Shown: positions 20,328-29,784 of the stretch, piece after piece
How the letters are laid out: each line of letters opens with the position of its first letter
How positions within the stretch are numbered: position 1 is the stretch's first letter
NCBI GenBank assembly: GCA_965208675.1
Contig: OZ242351.1
Location: forward strand, 3,168,001-3,232,000
Reading direction: 5' to 3'
Origin: Candidatus Poribacteria bacterium
GTDB taxonomy: Bacteria > Poribacteria > WGA-4E > PCPOR2b
Length of the DNA: 64,000 bases
Made by a program: the position numbers and the translations under genes
Notes under the pieces: generated by a model
Seen by the model: only the letters and a program-made list of their open reading frames with translations
Database searches by the model: none
Told to the model about the DNA's origin: nothing

Positions 20328-20372
20328 GATAGCGCTAAACATCAAATAGTATACCCTTCCACAGCAAGTACC

Positions 20373-20654
20373 ATGGATATTGGAAAAATCATCGGAACTG
20401 TTGTTGCCACTCGAAAAGACCCGAGCTTAACTGGGACGCGGCTGCTAGTTGTACAACCTCTCGATGCGAACGGCAAATCTGTGGCATCCCCCCTTATCGC
20501 CGTTGACCCGCACGGCGCCGCCGGCTATGGCGATACCATCTATATGGTCACGGGCGGTGACGCCATTGGCGTAATGTCGGGGCGTGAAATGCCCGTCGAC
20601 GTTGCTGTTGTCGGAATCGTGGATTCCATGACCGTAGCAAAAGCAGAGGACTAA
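20373..20654 (+). CDS. Bacterial microcompartment vertex protein (EutN/CcmL, BMC-P)
   Basis: GKIIGTVVATRK..L.G.RLL.VQP...AVD..GAG.GD...VDxAVVGIVD. Confidence 0.93.
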   Translation: MDIGKIIGTVVATRKDPSLTGTRLLVVQPLDANGKSVASPLIAVDPHGAAGYGDTIYMVTGGDAIGVMSGREMPVDVAVVGIVDSMTVAKAED

Positions 20655-20656
20655 AG

Positions 20657-20953
20657 ATGTATATCGCAGAAGTAATCGGTAAGATTGTCTCGGTGATTAA
20701 ACACTCTGCTTACGACAATCGAACCCTATTACTCATCCAACCTTTGAATTTAGAATCCAAGCCCGTCAAAACCCCGACAATCGCTGTCGATTACGTCGGA
20801 GCCGGCGAAGGTGACATCGTCCTCGTTGGGGCAGGGCCGGGCGTGGCTCAGGAGGTCTTTGGCGTCCAAGATGCACCGATTAGAGAACTTGTAATGGGCA
20901 TTATTGATCGATTTGACGTTGATACATTTGACGCAACCGGGTACAAAAGTTAG
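20657..20953 (+). CDS. Bacterial microcompartment vertex protein (EutN/CcmL, BMC-P)
   Basis: A.VIG..VS..KH......LL..QP...AVDYVGAGEGDIVLV...P......GIID. Confidence 0.92.
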   Translation: MYIAEVIGKIVSVIKHSAYDNRTLLLIQPLNLESKPVKTPTIAVDYVGAGEGDIVLVGAGPGVAQEVFGVQDAPIRELVMGIIDRFDVDTFDATGYKS

Positions 20954-21083
20954 CAAAATGTGAAAACATCTAACACCTTTCTACGTTGTATACTTGCGCA
21001 CAACATATAAATCGTTTGAATCCGGGCGTTAACTGATTATTCTAATCGTCAACTTGCATCAATCGACATAAGGAAACCGTACC

Positions 21084-21851
21084 TTGTTAATTCCATTGCC
21101 CAGTCCGCCTCGGGCGGAAAAATCTTCTAAACTCCCTAGCGCAGTGCAGTTGTTAATTGTTGCCAATATCCTTGTTTTTGCGTGTCAGCTCTATTATTGG
21201 CATTATCGCGGCTTGAATCTCTCGTTACATTTCGGCGCAATACCCCAAAGGATTAGCGAATTTATCTTCTTTTTTCCGCAACTTCCGGACCTATCGCGTC
21301 CAACCCTAATTACCTCTCTTTTTCTGCACGATACATATAACCTCCATGGGGGTTTTGTCCATCTCATAGGTAATTTGCTGTATCTATCAGCGTTCGGCCC
21401 CAATCTTGAGAATGCAATTGGACGGATGAAATTCTTCTTGTTTTATCTGCTATGCGGGGTGTCAGCCACCCTCTTGTACGTCGTGTTTCACTACAACTCC
21501 GATGTGCCTCTGATCGGCGCAAGCGGCGCAATTGCCGGGGTGATGGGCGCCCACCTTTTCGCACGTCCCAAATCCCGTATTCGATGTCTGTTTCTAATTT
21601 ATATCGTCTCTTTGCCAGCTATTGTTGTGCTTGTCCCTTGGATACTAGTGCAATTGTTCAATTTTGTTTATCTTTCATCTCAAGATGCTGCAGTAGCTTG
21701 GTTGGCACACATCGGCGGTTTTTTAGCAGGGATCTTTTTGATAGGCAAATTCCAAATTTCTTGGTGGCCTCCTCGAAAACATGAGACCGCCAATAGCCTA
21801 AACCATACATATTCAAATCCCAATGTCCCTTTAATGAAGATTGGACGCTGA
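21084..21851 (+). CDS. Rhomboid family intramembrane serine protease
   Basis: HLIGNLLYL, catalytic GASG, AHIGGF motif, multiple TM helices. Confidence 0.92.
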   Translation: MLIPLPSPPRAEKSSKLPSAVQLLIVANILVFACQLYYWHYRGLNLSLHFGAIPQRISEFIFFFPQLPDLSRPTLITSLFLHDTYNLHGGFVHLIGNLLYLSAFGPNLENAIGRMKFFLFYLLCGVSATLLYVVFHYNSDVPLIGASGAIAGVMGAHLFARPKSRIRCLFLIYIVSLPAIVVLVPWILVQLFNFVYLSSQDAAVAWLAHIGGFLAGIFLIGKFQISWWPPRKHETANSLNHTYSNPNVPLMKIGR

Positions 21852-21974
21852 CCGCTCAAACCGTTCATAATCTCTGCACTGCAACAGAAAACAACACCAT
21901 CGGACATTGCATCGTTCCAACCGCATGGCGCGATTGGAAAAACCGTAACTTACAAAATATAGGAGACCGATGAA

Positions 21975-23168
21975 TTGACAAGTAATTATCGACATCTGCT
22001 TTTGGGGCTGTCGCTTTGTGTATTATTGACATCTTTTACCGCGCTTGATAGTGCAGCCCGCCCGGAGTTCGCAGCGCGGGAAGATAAGGATTGTGTTTTC
22101 TGCCATATCGATCCCGCTGGCGGCGGCCCGCGCAACGCTGTCGGACAAGTTTTTGAAGAAAACTACTTTGAGTTCCCCCAAGATTTCGACCCCGAGTCGC
22201 TAATGGCTGAGGCGAAAGAAATCGCGCAAAGGTTAACAAGCGCAGTGGACATTCGCACCGCTTACATCAAGACGACCGACGTCGTTCACGAAGAGGAAAC
22301 ACTCGCCAACTGTGCCTCATGCCACTCATCCGTTGACAGCTTCTTGATGATGCAGGGGGAACTAACCGTCAACGCCGAAGCGTCTGATAAACTTAGACTG
22401 ACCCTGTCCAACAATTTAGGCGCAATGCTCAACGCTTTTGCCACAGTTGATGCAATTCCCGAACACCTCTACGTTAAAGTCGGCCAATTCCGGATTCCGT
22501 TCGGCCTCAAACAAAAAGACCATAACATTCTCGTTAAAGGTGGATACAATCTGGGATCAAACAAACGGGACGTTGGGGTTGAAGTGGGCGGATCATATGG
22601 CGGTTTATTCTATAACGCAGCCGTATTCAACGGTGGAAATGCGACAATCTTCTCCGGCGGCCGCTCAGCCGATGTGGATGAAAACCACCACAAGGCTTGG
22701 GTTGCGACTGCGGGCAGCAACGTGGGTCCGCTGCGCGCGGGTGTTTCCTATCTGCGCAATAAATCGCAGGATCAGCGCAGCATGACCGTTGGGACGTTTC
22801 TGACCGCGGTTCACAAAGACTTGGTTCTCGAAGGAGAATTCAATTTTGGCGGAAACTTCCGGGACGGTGAGAGTATCAGTTTCGGGGATGAGGACATTGA
22901 CTCCAAAGGCTACTATGTCGGTGCCAAATATCATTTGAGGCGGGGGATCGTATTGTCGGGCCGCTACGGCCTGTTTGATTCAAATCGAAAGATATTGGGA
23001 GATGCCCAACAGCGTGTAACAATCGCCGCACAATACACGTTTATGAAGAGTGGTTCCCTTGAGTTGCTTTATTGGCTCAACATTGAGAATGAGAACCGGA
23101 CCGATAATAATTCACGGCAACTTCGAGGCGTAGATCAGCTAATTTTAATGTCCCACTTCTGGTTCTAA
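21975..23168 (+). CDS. Cyc2-like cytochrome c-porin fusion (outer-membrane beta-barrel) with two CxxCH motifs
   Basis: AGGAG SD; signal peptide; PEFAAREDKDCVFCH..P.GGG.RN..G..F; second motif CASCH; KVGQFRIPFG and alternating beta-strands; C-terminal HFWF. Confidence 0.7.
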   Translation: MTSNYRHLLLGLSLCVLLTSFTALDSAARPEFAAREDKDCVFCHIDPAGGGPRNAVGQVFEENYFEFPQDFDPESLMAEAKEIAQRLTSAVDIRTAYIKTTDVVHEEETLANCASCHSSVDSFLMMQGELTVNAEASDKLRLTLSNNLGAMLNAFATVDAIPEHLYVKVGQFRIPFGLKQKDHNILVKGGYNLGSNKRDVGVEVGGSYGGLFYNAAVFNGGNATIFSGGRSADVDENHHKAWVATAGSNVGPLRAGVSYLRNKSQDQRSMTVGTFLTAVHKDLVLEGEFNFGGNFRDGESISFGDEDIDSKGYYVGAKYHLRRGIVLSGRYGLFDSNRKILGDAQQRVTIAAQYTFMKSGSLELLYWLNIENENRTDNNSRQLRGVDQLILMSHFWF

Positions 23169-23247
23169 AGTAGCATCCACACGCCGTATGCCGTAAACTG
23201 CATTACGTAACTATTTTCATCATTCCAAATAAAAGAAAGGATTAATT

Positions 23248-23580
23248 ATGTCTGTTGCGCTACGTATTCACAATCGCCGGTTAAAACTTAAGATGACGCA
23301 GACCCAGCTTGCGCAGAAAGCGAATCTGACACCTGCGGCAATATCCCAGTTTGAATCCGGCACACGTAAGCCGTCATTCGACACACTTTCAAGTTTAGCC
23401 GATGCCCTGAAAATTACTACCGACTATCTACTCGGCAAAAAGGAACAAGGCTACGACGACCTTTTAGCCGATCCGAAAGTCAGCATCATGTTTCGCGGCA
23501 TCATGGAATTCCCTGAGAAAGACAAAGAAACGATGTTTGAATTTTATGAATTTCTCAAAGCTAAAAATGAAAGTGAGTGA
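23248..23580 (+). CDS. XRE-family HTH transcriptional regulator
   Basis: MTQTQLA...AISQFESG.RKPS..TL..LADAL.IT.DYLLG. Confidence 0.92.
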   Translation: MSVALRIHNRRLKLKMTQTQLAQKANLTPAAISQFESGTRKPSFDTLSSLADALKITTDYLLGKKEQGYDDLLADPKVSIMFRGIMEFPEKDKETMFEFYEFLKAKNESE

Positions 23581-24437
23581 AGCAAAGTATTTGCGGACTG
23601 AAGATGGCTGGACGAAATTCCCTTAACTGGTCTAACGTTGCACACGGGCTGTCACACAATTCTCGTCATCCCGCTGAATGTGCACGTCGTTTGCTGCAAG
23701 AGTTAAACATTCATGCCCTACCGATTCAGCCCCAAAATATTGCCAAACAACTTGAGATCGTCATCTGGGAACGGGACATGGAAAGCCAATATGACGGCTG
23801 CCTGATGCGGGTCGGAGATACCTGGGGCATACTCATCAACAGCCAGATTCAGTCTCAATCCAGAAAAAGGTTCACTATCGCTCACGAATTGGGACACTAT
23901 CACCTGGATCGGGAGGCAACCGGAGATCGGCGCTGCCGCGGAGGCGAACTAGGCTTCTTTAACGCACGCGGTCCGGAAGAGCAGCGCGCAAACCAGTTTG
24001 CCGTTGAGTTATTGATGCCATCCCCATTTTTTCAGGAAGACGCCGAGAATCTGCCCAACGTCGGCCTAGCCGCAATCGACGCGCTCTCCGCCCGTTATGC
24101 CACTTCCCTTACAAGCACGGCAATTCGCTACACCCGACTGAGCCGGCATATTTGCGCTATCGTGTTCTCCGAGAATCGACAAATTAAGTATTTCGCCTAT
24201 TCAGATGACTTTCGCCGAAATAGCGACTGTTACCTTGTTAAAGACAAACCGCTTCACCCGGAGGCGTTGGCATCGTCCCTGGCTGATACCGCACTTAATG
24301 AAACTAGGGACAAACGGGGGAAGGTGCCCCTGTCATGCTGGTGTCCCGCAAAATCAGACCGGCTCATTATCGAGCATTCACGCTTCCTGCCCCGAATTAA
24401 TAAGGTGGTCTCCTTCCTTTGGATCCCGCAGGAGTGA
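23577..24437 (+). CDS. ImmA/IrrE family metallo-endopeptidase
   Basis: RKRFTIAHELGH (HExxH) and EQRANQFAVELLMP, plus a C-terminal extension; overlaps the XRE stop. Confidence 0.9.
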   Translation: MKQSICGLKMAGRNSLNWSNVAHGLSHNSRHPAECARRLLQELNIHALPIQPQNIAKQLEIVIWERDMESQYDGCLMRVGDTWGILINSQIQSQSRKRFTIAHELGHYHLDREATGDRRCRGGELGFFNARGPEEQRANQFAVELLMPSPFFQEDAENLPNVGLAAIDALSARYATSLTSTAIRYTRLSRHICAIVFSENRQIKYFAYSDDFRRNSDCYLVKDKPLHPEALASSLADTALNETRDKRGKVPLSCWCPAKSDRLIIEHSRFLPRINKVVSFLWIPQE

Positions 24438-24584
24438 GCACATCGTTTTGTGGGAGAAGCTCCCTAACCTCGACTTTCAGAAATTATTCGTTTTCTCGCC
24501 GGTTTGTGGGAGAGGATTCCCAGCCTCGATTTACAATCAACCAATCACCCATTGGTTGAATTTGAACCGATAATGACAATAACC

Positions 24585-25424
24585 TCAGCCGCACTGAGAA
24601 ATCGCTAGTTTCAATGTGTTTTCTAGCAATATCGCGCGTGTCATGGGTCCAACCCCGCCCGGCACCGGCGTAATGAACCCCGCCGTACCCTTGACATTTT
24701 CATAGTCCACATCCCCAACAAGCCGACCTTCAAGCCGATTAATTCCGACATCAATCACGATTGCTCCCTCTCTAACCATATCTGCCTTAATCATTTCGGG
24801 TTTACCCGCCGCGACAATCAATATATCCGCGCTTCGCGTCTGTTCCGCCAGATCCCGTGTACGGGAATGGCAGTATGTTACCGTCGCATTGCGGTTGAGC
24901 AAAATCAACCCAATCGGTTTCCCGACAAGGCTGCTGCGCCCCACGCAAACCGCATGTTTGCCTTCGATTTCCTCGCCGGTTGATTCGATGAGCCGAACAA
25001 TCCCCGCCGGCGTGCACGGCAGTACGCACTCGCGGTTTATCATCAAATTTCCCAAGTTCGCCGCGCCCAAACCGTCAGTATCTTTTTCCGGTGCGATCGC
25101 GTCAATTACCGCCTGCCCATCAATCTGGTCGGGGACTGGCATTTGCGCCAGAATCGCGTGTATCTCCTTGCGCCCGTTCAACGTCTGTATTTGGTCAATT
25201 ACCTCGTCCTGGGTCGCCCCTTCGCTCATTCGGTAAACTTCCGAATGAAAACGAACGCGCTCGCAGTCCTTCTGTTTGTAATCTACGTAAATCGTTGAAG
25301 CCGGATCGTCGCCGACCTGCACTACTGCAATACCGGGCGTAAACTTCAGCTTTTTCACTGCGCGCCGCGTGTCGCTGCGTATCGATTTTGCGAGCCGGTT
25401 CCCGTCAATTATCTCTGCTGGCAT
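24585..25424 (-). CDS. folD: Bifunctional methylene-THF dehydrogenase/cyclohydrolase
   Basis: IIDG, PCTPAG, GRS.LVGKP, IDVGIN, ITPVPGGVGPMT. Confidence 0.97.
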   Translation of the reverse strand: MPAEIIDGNRLAKSIRSDTRRAVKKLKFTPGIAVVQVGDDPASTIYVDYKQKDCERVRFHSEVYRMSEGATQDEVIDQIQTLNGRKEIHAILAQMPVPDQIDGQAVIDAIAPEKDTDGLGAANLGNLMINRECVLPCTPAGIVRLIESTGEEIEGKHAVCVGRSSLVGKPIGLILLNRNATVTYCHSRTRDLAEQTRSADILIVAAGKPEMIKADMVREGAIVIDVGINRLEGRLVGDVDYENVKGTAGFITPVPGGVGPMTRAILLENTLKLAISQCG

Positions 25425-25873
25425 TTATTGATGTCTCTCTCCTCATTCAACTGTATAACATAGGTCAAATCCCATAATCCTAAATGCTTGTACTCATACG
25501 AACACATCTACAATTATACCATACTCAATATCCTTCCATCTATACTCAATACGATTCATACTTTCCCATGTTTCGGTAGGTGCGATTGTCGCTCTCGCAA
25601 AACTATAGTTATGATATATAAACCCAGTGCAGAAACTTAGCAGGGCTGCATACCTGAAAACTTTGAACCTCTTGCTGAGAAGGAAAAAAGGCAGTTCTCA
25701 AAAATTTAGGTCGTCCGAATCTGGAAGTTGTCAATGCCAATATGCCAGTTCTGAAAACACGTTCATTGAACCATGAGTCGCTTATACGATTCATGGCATC
25801 TTTTTTATTTTCATTGTGTATATTTCATAATTTCACCTATTTAGCAACATTATGCTAAAATTTGTTTTATGTC

Positions 25874-25902
25874 TTGACAAACATTTATAGCTGTAGTATA
25901 TT
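25874..25902 (+). promoter_or_regulatory. Sigma70-type promoter
   Basis: TTGACA-N17-TATATT upstream of the DUF4252/DUF4097 gene. Confidence 0.6.
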
Positions 25903-26077
25903 TTATTCAAAGTCGTTCATTAAATCATTACAATCTAATCAGGGGATGGAGGTGTCGTGCGCATCGCTGCTGTTTACACCGTATGCGATTTACGCCGCTG
26001 CGAATAATCGTGTTTCGCAGTCGAAACGTAAAGACCTCACGATTCAATAAACTCAATTGTAAGGAGATGTACAACTC

Positions 26078-27439
26078 ATGAATCGCTATAGAAACCTTAA
26101 CTGGCGCGTCGTACTTTTGTCAGGCATTCTTATAATAATTAGAGGCGGCGTTGCTCAAGCACAAAAGGAAACGAATATCGATGGGCGCATTGCTTTCGAT
26201 TACCCCCAAACCCCGAAAGACAAAATCGAGTTCAATTTGACCGGGAAACTGATTGGGCTTGTTGCCAAAGATGCAACAACTGATTTGCTTGATATGCTGG
26301 AAGGGGTACATGTGCGCGGTTACCATCTCGGCGATGCACATCTCGGCGAAGTCAAACGTTATTACGAAAATAAGCTGACGAAAGAGGGTTGGGATATCAT
26401 CGCCAAAGTCAAAGAAGCCGATGAAATCATTGAGGTGCGTATCCTTTCCCATCAAGATGAGGTAAACGGACTATTCATCATGGCTGAAGGCGGCGGGGGA
26501 ATCATGTTCATTAATATCTTCGGGCGCATTAATCCGCAAATGATTGGTGAATTATTTGATAGTTTAGATATCAACGACCTTGGCAATTTTGATATAGATC
26601 TGGCAGACATGGGTATGGAGTTCGAGTTTAATCTGCCAGAGTTCGATGCAGATTTCAAACCAAAGCGGAAAAGAGTTCCATCGGGAAATCGGGAATTCTC
26701 CGAACAATTGGACTGGACGCTTGATGGCGCGGGCATCTCGGTCATCTCAGCGGAAACCAAAAACGGCGTTATCACGCTTGAAGACTCGGACCAAGATAAA
26801 GTCATTGTCCGTGCCTTCATACGAGTCCGTGCACGCAACACAGCAAAAGCAGAGGAATTTGCGAAAAAAGTTCAAGTTCACGTCGAGCGGCGCGGAAACG
26901 AGATAAAGATATACAAAAATCACCCCAAATCGCCATTGGGCATCGGCGTCAGTGTCAACTATGAAATTCAATGCCCGTCCGCTGTTAGTGTGAATCTGCA
27001 TTCAACCAACGGCAAGATCGAAATCAACGGTGTAGAAGGCACGGTTGATGCCAAGACGACCAACGGAGGCATTCAATTGCACGGCGGCGCCGGGCGGATT
27101 CACGCTGTCACCACTAACGGGAATATCGAAGCATCGGTCAGTCGATTAACGGACGAAGGGATGTTTGTCTCCACCAATGGCTCTTTGACTTTAGCGATCC
27201 GCCAAGGCGTTGCCCCGGTGACGGCAAGCACGACCAACGGTTCAATCAATTTGAAGCTTCCGGGAGATTTCTCCGGACATCTCGACGCTAAAACCAGTAA
27301 TGGACGGGTGCATTCGGATTTCGACGTTCCCTTCACGGACAAATCGAAAAAGCGCCTATCCGGCAAAATTGGCGAGGGCGGGCAAGCAAATGTCCAACTG
27401 CGAACCACAAATGGAGGTATCCATCTAAGAAAGTGGTAG
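26078..27439 (+). CDS. Secreted DUF4252-like + DUF4097 (beta-strand repeat, adhesin-like) fusion
   Basis: AAGGAG SD; signal peptide; N-domain with GW..I.KV.E...FINIFG.I.P (DUF4252-like); C-domain with (T/S)TNG.I repeats (DUF4097). Confidence 0.75.
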   Translation: MNRYRNLNWRVVLLSGILIIIRGGVAQAQKETNIDGRIAFDYPQTPKDKIEFNLTGKLIGLVAKDATTDLLDMLEGVHVRGYHLGDAHLGEVKRYYENKLTKEGWDIIAKVKEADEIIEVRILSHQDEVNGLFIMAEGGGGIMFINIFGRINPQMIGELFDSLDINDLGNFDIDLADMGMEFEFNLPEFDADFKPKRKRVPSGNREFSEQLDWTLDGAGISVISAETKNGVITLEDSDQDKVIVRAFIRVRARNTAKAEEFAKKVQVHVERRGNEIKIYKNHPKSPLGIGVSVNYEIQCPSAVSVNLHSTNGKIEINGVEGTVDAKTTNGGIQLHGGAGRIHAVTTNGNIEASVSRLTDEGMFVSTNGSLTLAIRQGVAPVTASTTNGSINLKLPGDFSGHLDAKTSNGRVHSDFDVPFTDKSKKRLSGKIGEGGQANVQLRTTNGGIHLRKW

Positions 27440-27532
27440 CATTTCCTCGGATGAACAGTGGCACATTCCATCACCTCTGTGCTCGGACAGCCAAATCCAA
27501 ACTAACTTATCCTCAACGAAGGAGAGTCAATT

Positions 27533-29485
27533 TTGGAATATATGGACAGCGTGGAGCAATTGATACGCGTACTAGATGATGAAGATGAATCTGTCCGCAT
27601 AAACGCGGCGATTGATTTGGCGAAACGAGGCAACCCCGCCGCGATACCTGTTCTGATAGAGACGTTGGGACATGAGAGTCAAGCCATTCGTTTTCGATGG
27701 GTACGGCAGGCGTTTGAGAAACTGGGCATACAGGCTGTGCCTCCGTTGATGGACGCCCTTACGGAGAGGGAAAGTCTAGTCCGGGTCAGTGCCGCCTATG
27801 TACTATATTGCCTTGATGACACCAAGATTGATGCTGTTGTTCCGGTTTTGGCGAATGCGCTATCTGATGCGAACGAAGCCGTTCGATGCGAAGCAGCGCA
27901 GACGCTGGGAGAGATTGGTAATCCCGCTCGGGCGGCTGTCCCGGCGTTGATTCGGATGCTAAACAATAGGTGTGAATCGGCTGAAGATTCGCGTCCCATT
28001 TGGTTTACAAGCAGCGACTGCAGCGCAGCTGCCTTTGCGTTAGCGGCGATCGGTGAACCGGTTTCCGACGTTGTATCGGCATTGGTCGGCGTCTTAGGGC
28101 GCAGCAATGTCACCAGTGATCGCCTTCAATGGAGTATAGCTGGAGCACTGCGCATCATCGGCGTACCGGCTGGCGTTGCGGTGCCTCTGTTGATGAAGGT
28201 ATTCCGGGATAACCGAAAATCTGCTCATGTTCGCGTCCAGGCAGCCTATACGCTGGCTGCAATCGGTGAGATAGACAGTGATATTGCGCCTCTTTTAATA
28301 GAGAGGCTACAGGACAGGGATTGGTGGATTCGACTCTGTAGCGCCAGATTGTTAGGAGAATTGGCTGAATCGCCTAAACCTCCCGTGCCGGAATGGCTAG
28401 AGAATGCCTGGGGGGAATGGGTGCTGCGCCCCTATTTTACTCAGGAATTGGGTACGCTGACTAATCCCACAAAAACGGCGGTCCCCGCACTGATGCAAGC
28501 CTTAGCTGATGATAGCCATCATGTGCGCCGAATGGCTGCCTACGCCTTAGCAAAAGTGGGCAATCAGGCTGAAGCAGCGGTGCCCGCCTTGATCAAAACT
28601 ATGAAAACAGAAGATGTGGGTGGCGTTGCCGCAGAAGCACTAGTTAAAATCGGTCAACCGGCATTGTCCGCGTTGATATACGCAGCCAGTGATGCGGATG
28701 AGATACTCCGTCGCCATGCGCTTTACGCGCTGAAAAAGATGGATTCCCCGGAAGCCCAAAAAGCGATAGCAGAAACGGAAACAGAGTCGCCGATTCCGTC
28801 GTTTCCAACCGCATCCGATTTCAAGCCAGCGCAACTCGACCTGTACTTAGATGATGAAAAGGTCCAGGCATTTGAATATATGTACCAATCAACTCTCGAC
28901 CGCGGCATTGGGAGCGCTATCGACTACAACCTCGTCTACCCGAAACATGAATTTCTGACTTACCTCGTCGAGCATAAGAACGTCGTGTTGCACGGGTCGA
29001 GCCAAGCCGATATTGAGGATTTCCTGCCAATACGAAAGGGGTTCGAGACAGAGGAGGACAAAGACACCAATTTTGTGTATGCAGCCCCTGATGCCATCCT
29101 CACCACTTACTTCGCTAGTTGTGACCGCGCTAAAATCGCAATTACAAATAATGGGTACTCCACGGAGAAGGACGCTTCCGGTAGAAATCGCCGATTTTAC
29201 CTTCTGGCGATAGGTATCGATTCGGACCGCCAAAACCCTTGGTCAGATGGCACGGTTTATATTCTTCCCCGCGATTCTTTTGTAAAAATATATGAATGGG
29301 AATGGGTGAGCAAAGTTCCCGTCCAACCTCTGGCGAGATTGCCGGTCTGCCGCGAAGATATCCCTTTCGCCGTTTGGAGAAAGGAATGGCGGCAACCTCA
29401 GTTATCTATGCGTGAAACTGATTTCCCTTTCCTTGAGGCAGTGCAAATTTATCCAATCCGCCCAAGACATTTTCATTCGGAGTAA
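27533..29485 (+). CDS. HEAT-repeat protein with C-terminal putative ADP-ribosyltransferase-fold domain
   Basis: PBS-lyase/HEAT repeats (VR..AA..L...AVPAL) over ~aa 1-410; the C-domain has LHGS...VYAA...GTVYIL...EWVS..PV.P. Confidence 0.7.
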   Translation: MEYMDSVEQLIRVLDDEDESVRINAAIDLAKRGNPAAIPVLIETLGHESQAIRFRWVRQAFEKLGIQAVPPLMDALTERESLVRVSAAYVLYCLDDTKIDAVVPVLANALSDANEAVRCEAAQTLGEIGNPARAAVPALIRMLNNRCESAEDSRPIWFTSSDCSAAAFALAAIGEPVSDVVSALVGVLGRSNVTSDRLQWSIAGALRIIGVPAGVAVPLLMKVFRDNRKSAHVRVQAAYTLAAIGEIDSDIAPLLIERLQDRDWWIRLCSARLLGELAESPKPPVPEWLENAWGEWVLRPYFTQELGTLTNPTKTAVPALMQALADDSHHVRRMAAYALAKVGNQAEAAVPALIKTMKTEDVGGVAAEALVKIGQPALSALIYAASDADEILRRHALYALKKMDSPEAQKAIAETETESPIPSFPTASDFKPAQLDLYLDDEKVQAFEYMYQSTLDRGIGSAIDYNLVYPKHEFLTYLVEHKNVVLHGSSQADIEDFLPIRKGFETEEDKDTNFVYAAPDAILTTYFASCDRAKIAITNNGYSTEKDASGRNRRFYLLAIGIDSDRQNPWSDGTVYILPRDSFVKIYEWEWVSKVPVQPLARLPVCREDIPFAVWRKEWRQPQLSMRETDFPFLEAVQIYPIRPRHFHSE

Positions 29486-29784
29486 AGTCGAGTGTCTATT
29501 GCGTTTTCAATGAATTTTGACGGAACTTTGTTCTCTCGTACGCTAATGGGTAGCGTCAAAAAAAGGAGATGTTCCTTTATTTGGTTGATTGCAAAGAAGG
29601 AAATTTATAGGAACTGGCAAACCCACAAAATCAAGCAAGCATTCGTGCTGTACTCCCTTTCGCTGACGATGAGTCGCTGATTTTGGCTGCAAAGGCGGCA
29701 CAAATCGTGCAACACCCGGCATAACCGTTTCATATAGCTACTGCAATACAGCGATAAACTCAACTGGAAGGAGTTAGAAAAATC

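Noticed and set aside
25609-25800. Possible IS/transposase remnant in the AT-rich folD-DUF4252 gap
   Set aside because: Only a 61-aa ORF with no recognisable DDE/HUH motif and no TIR pair that I could confirm.
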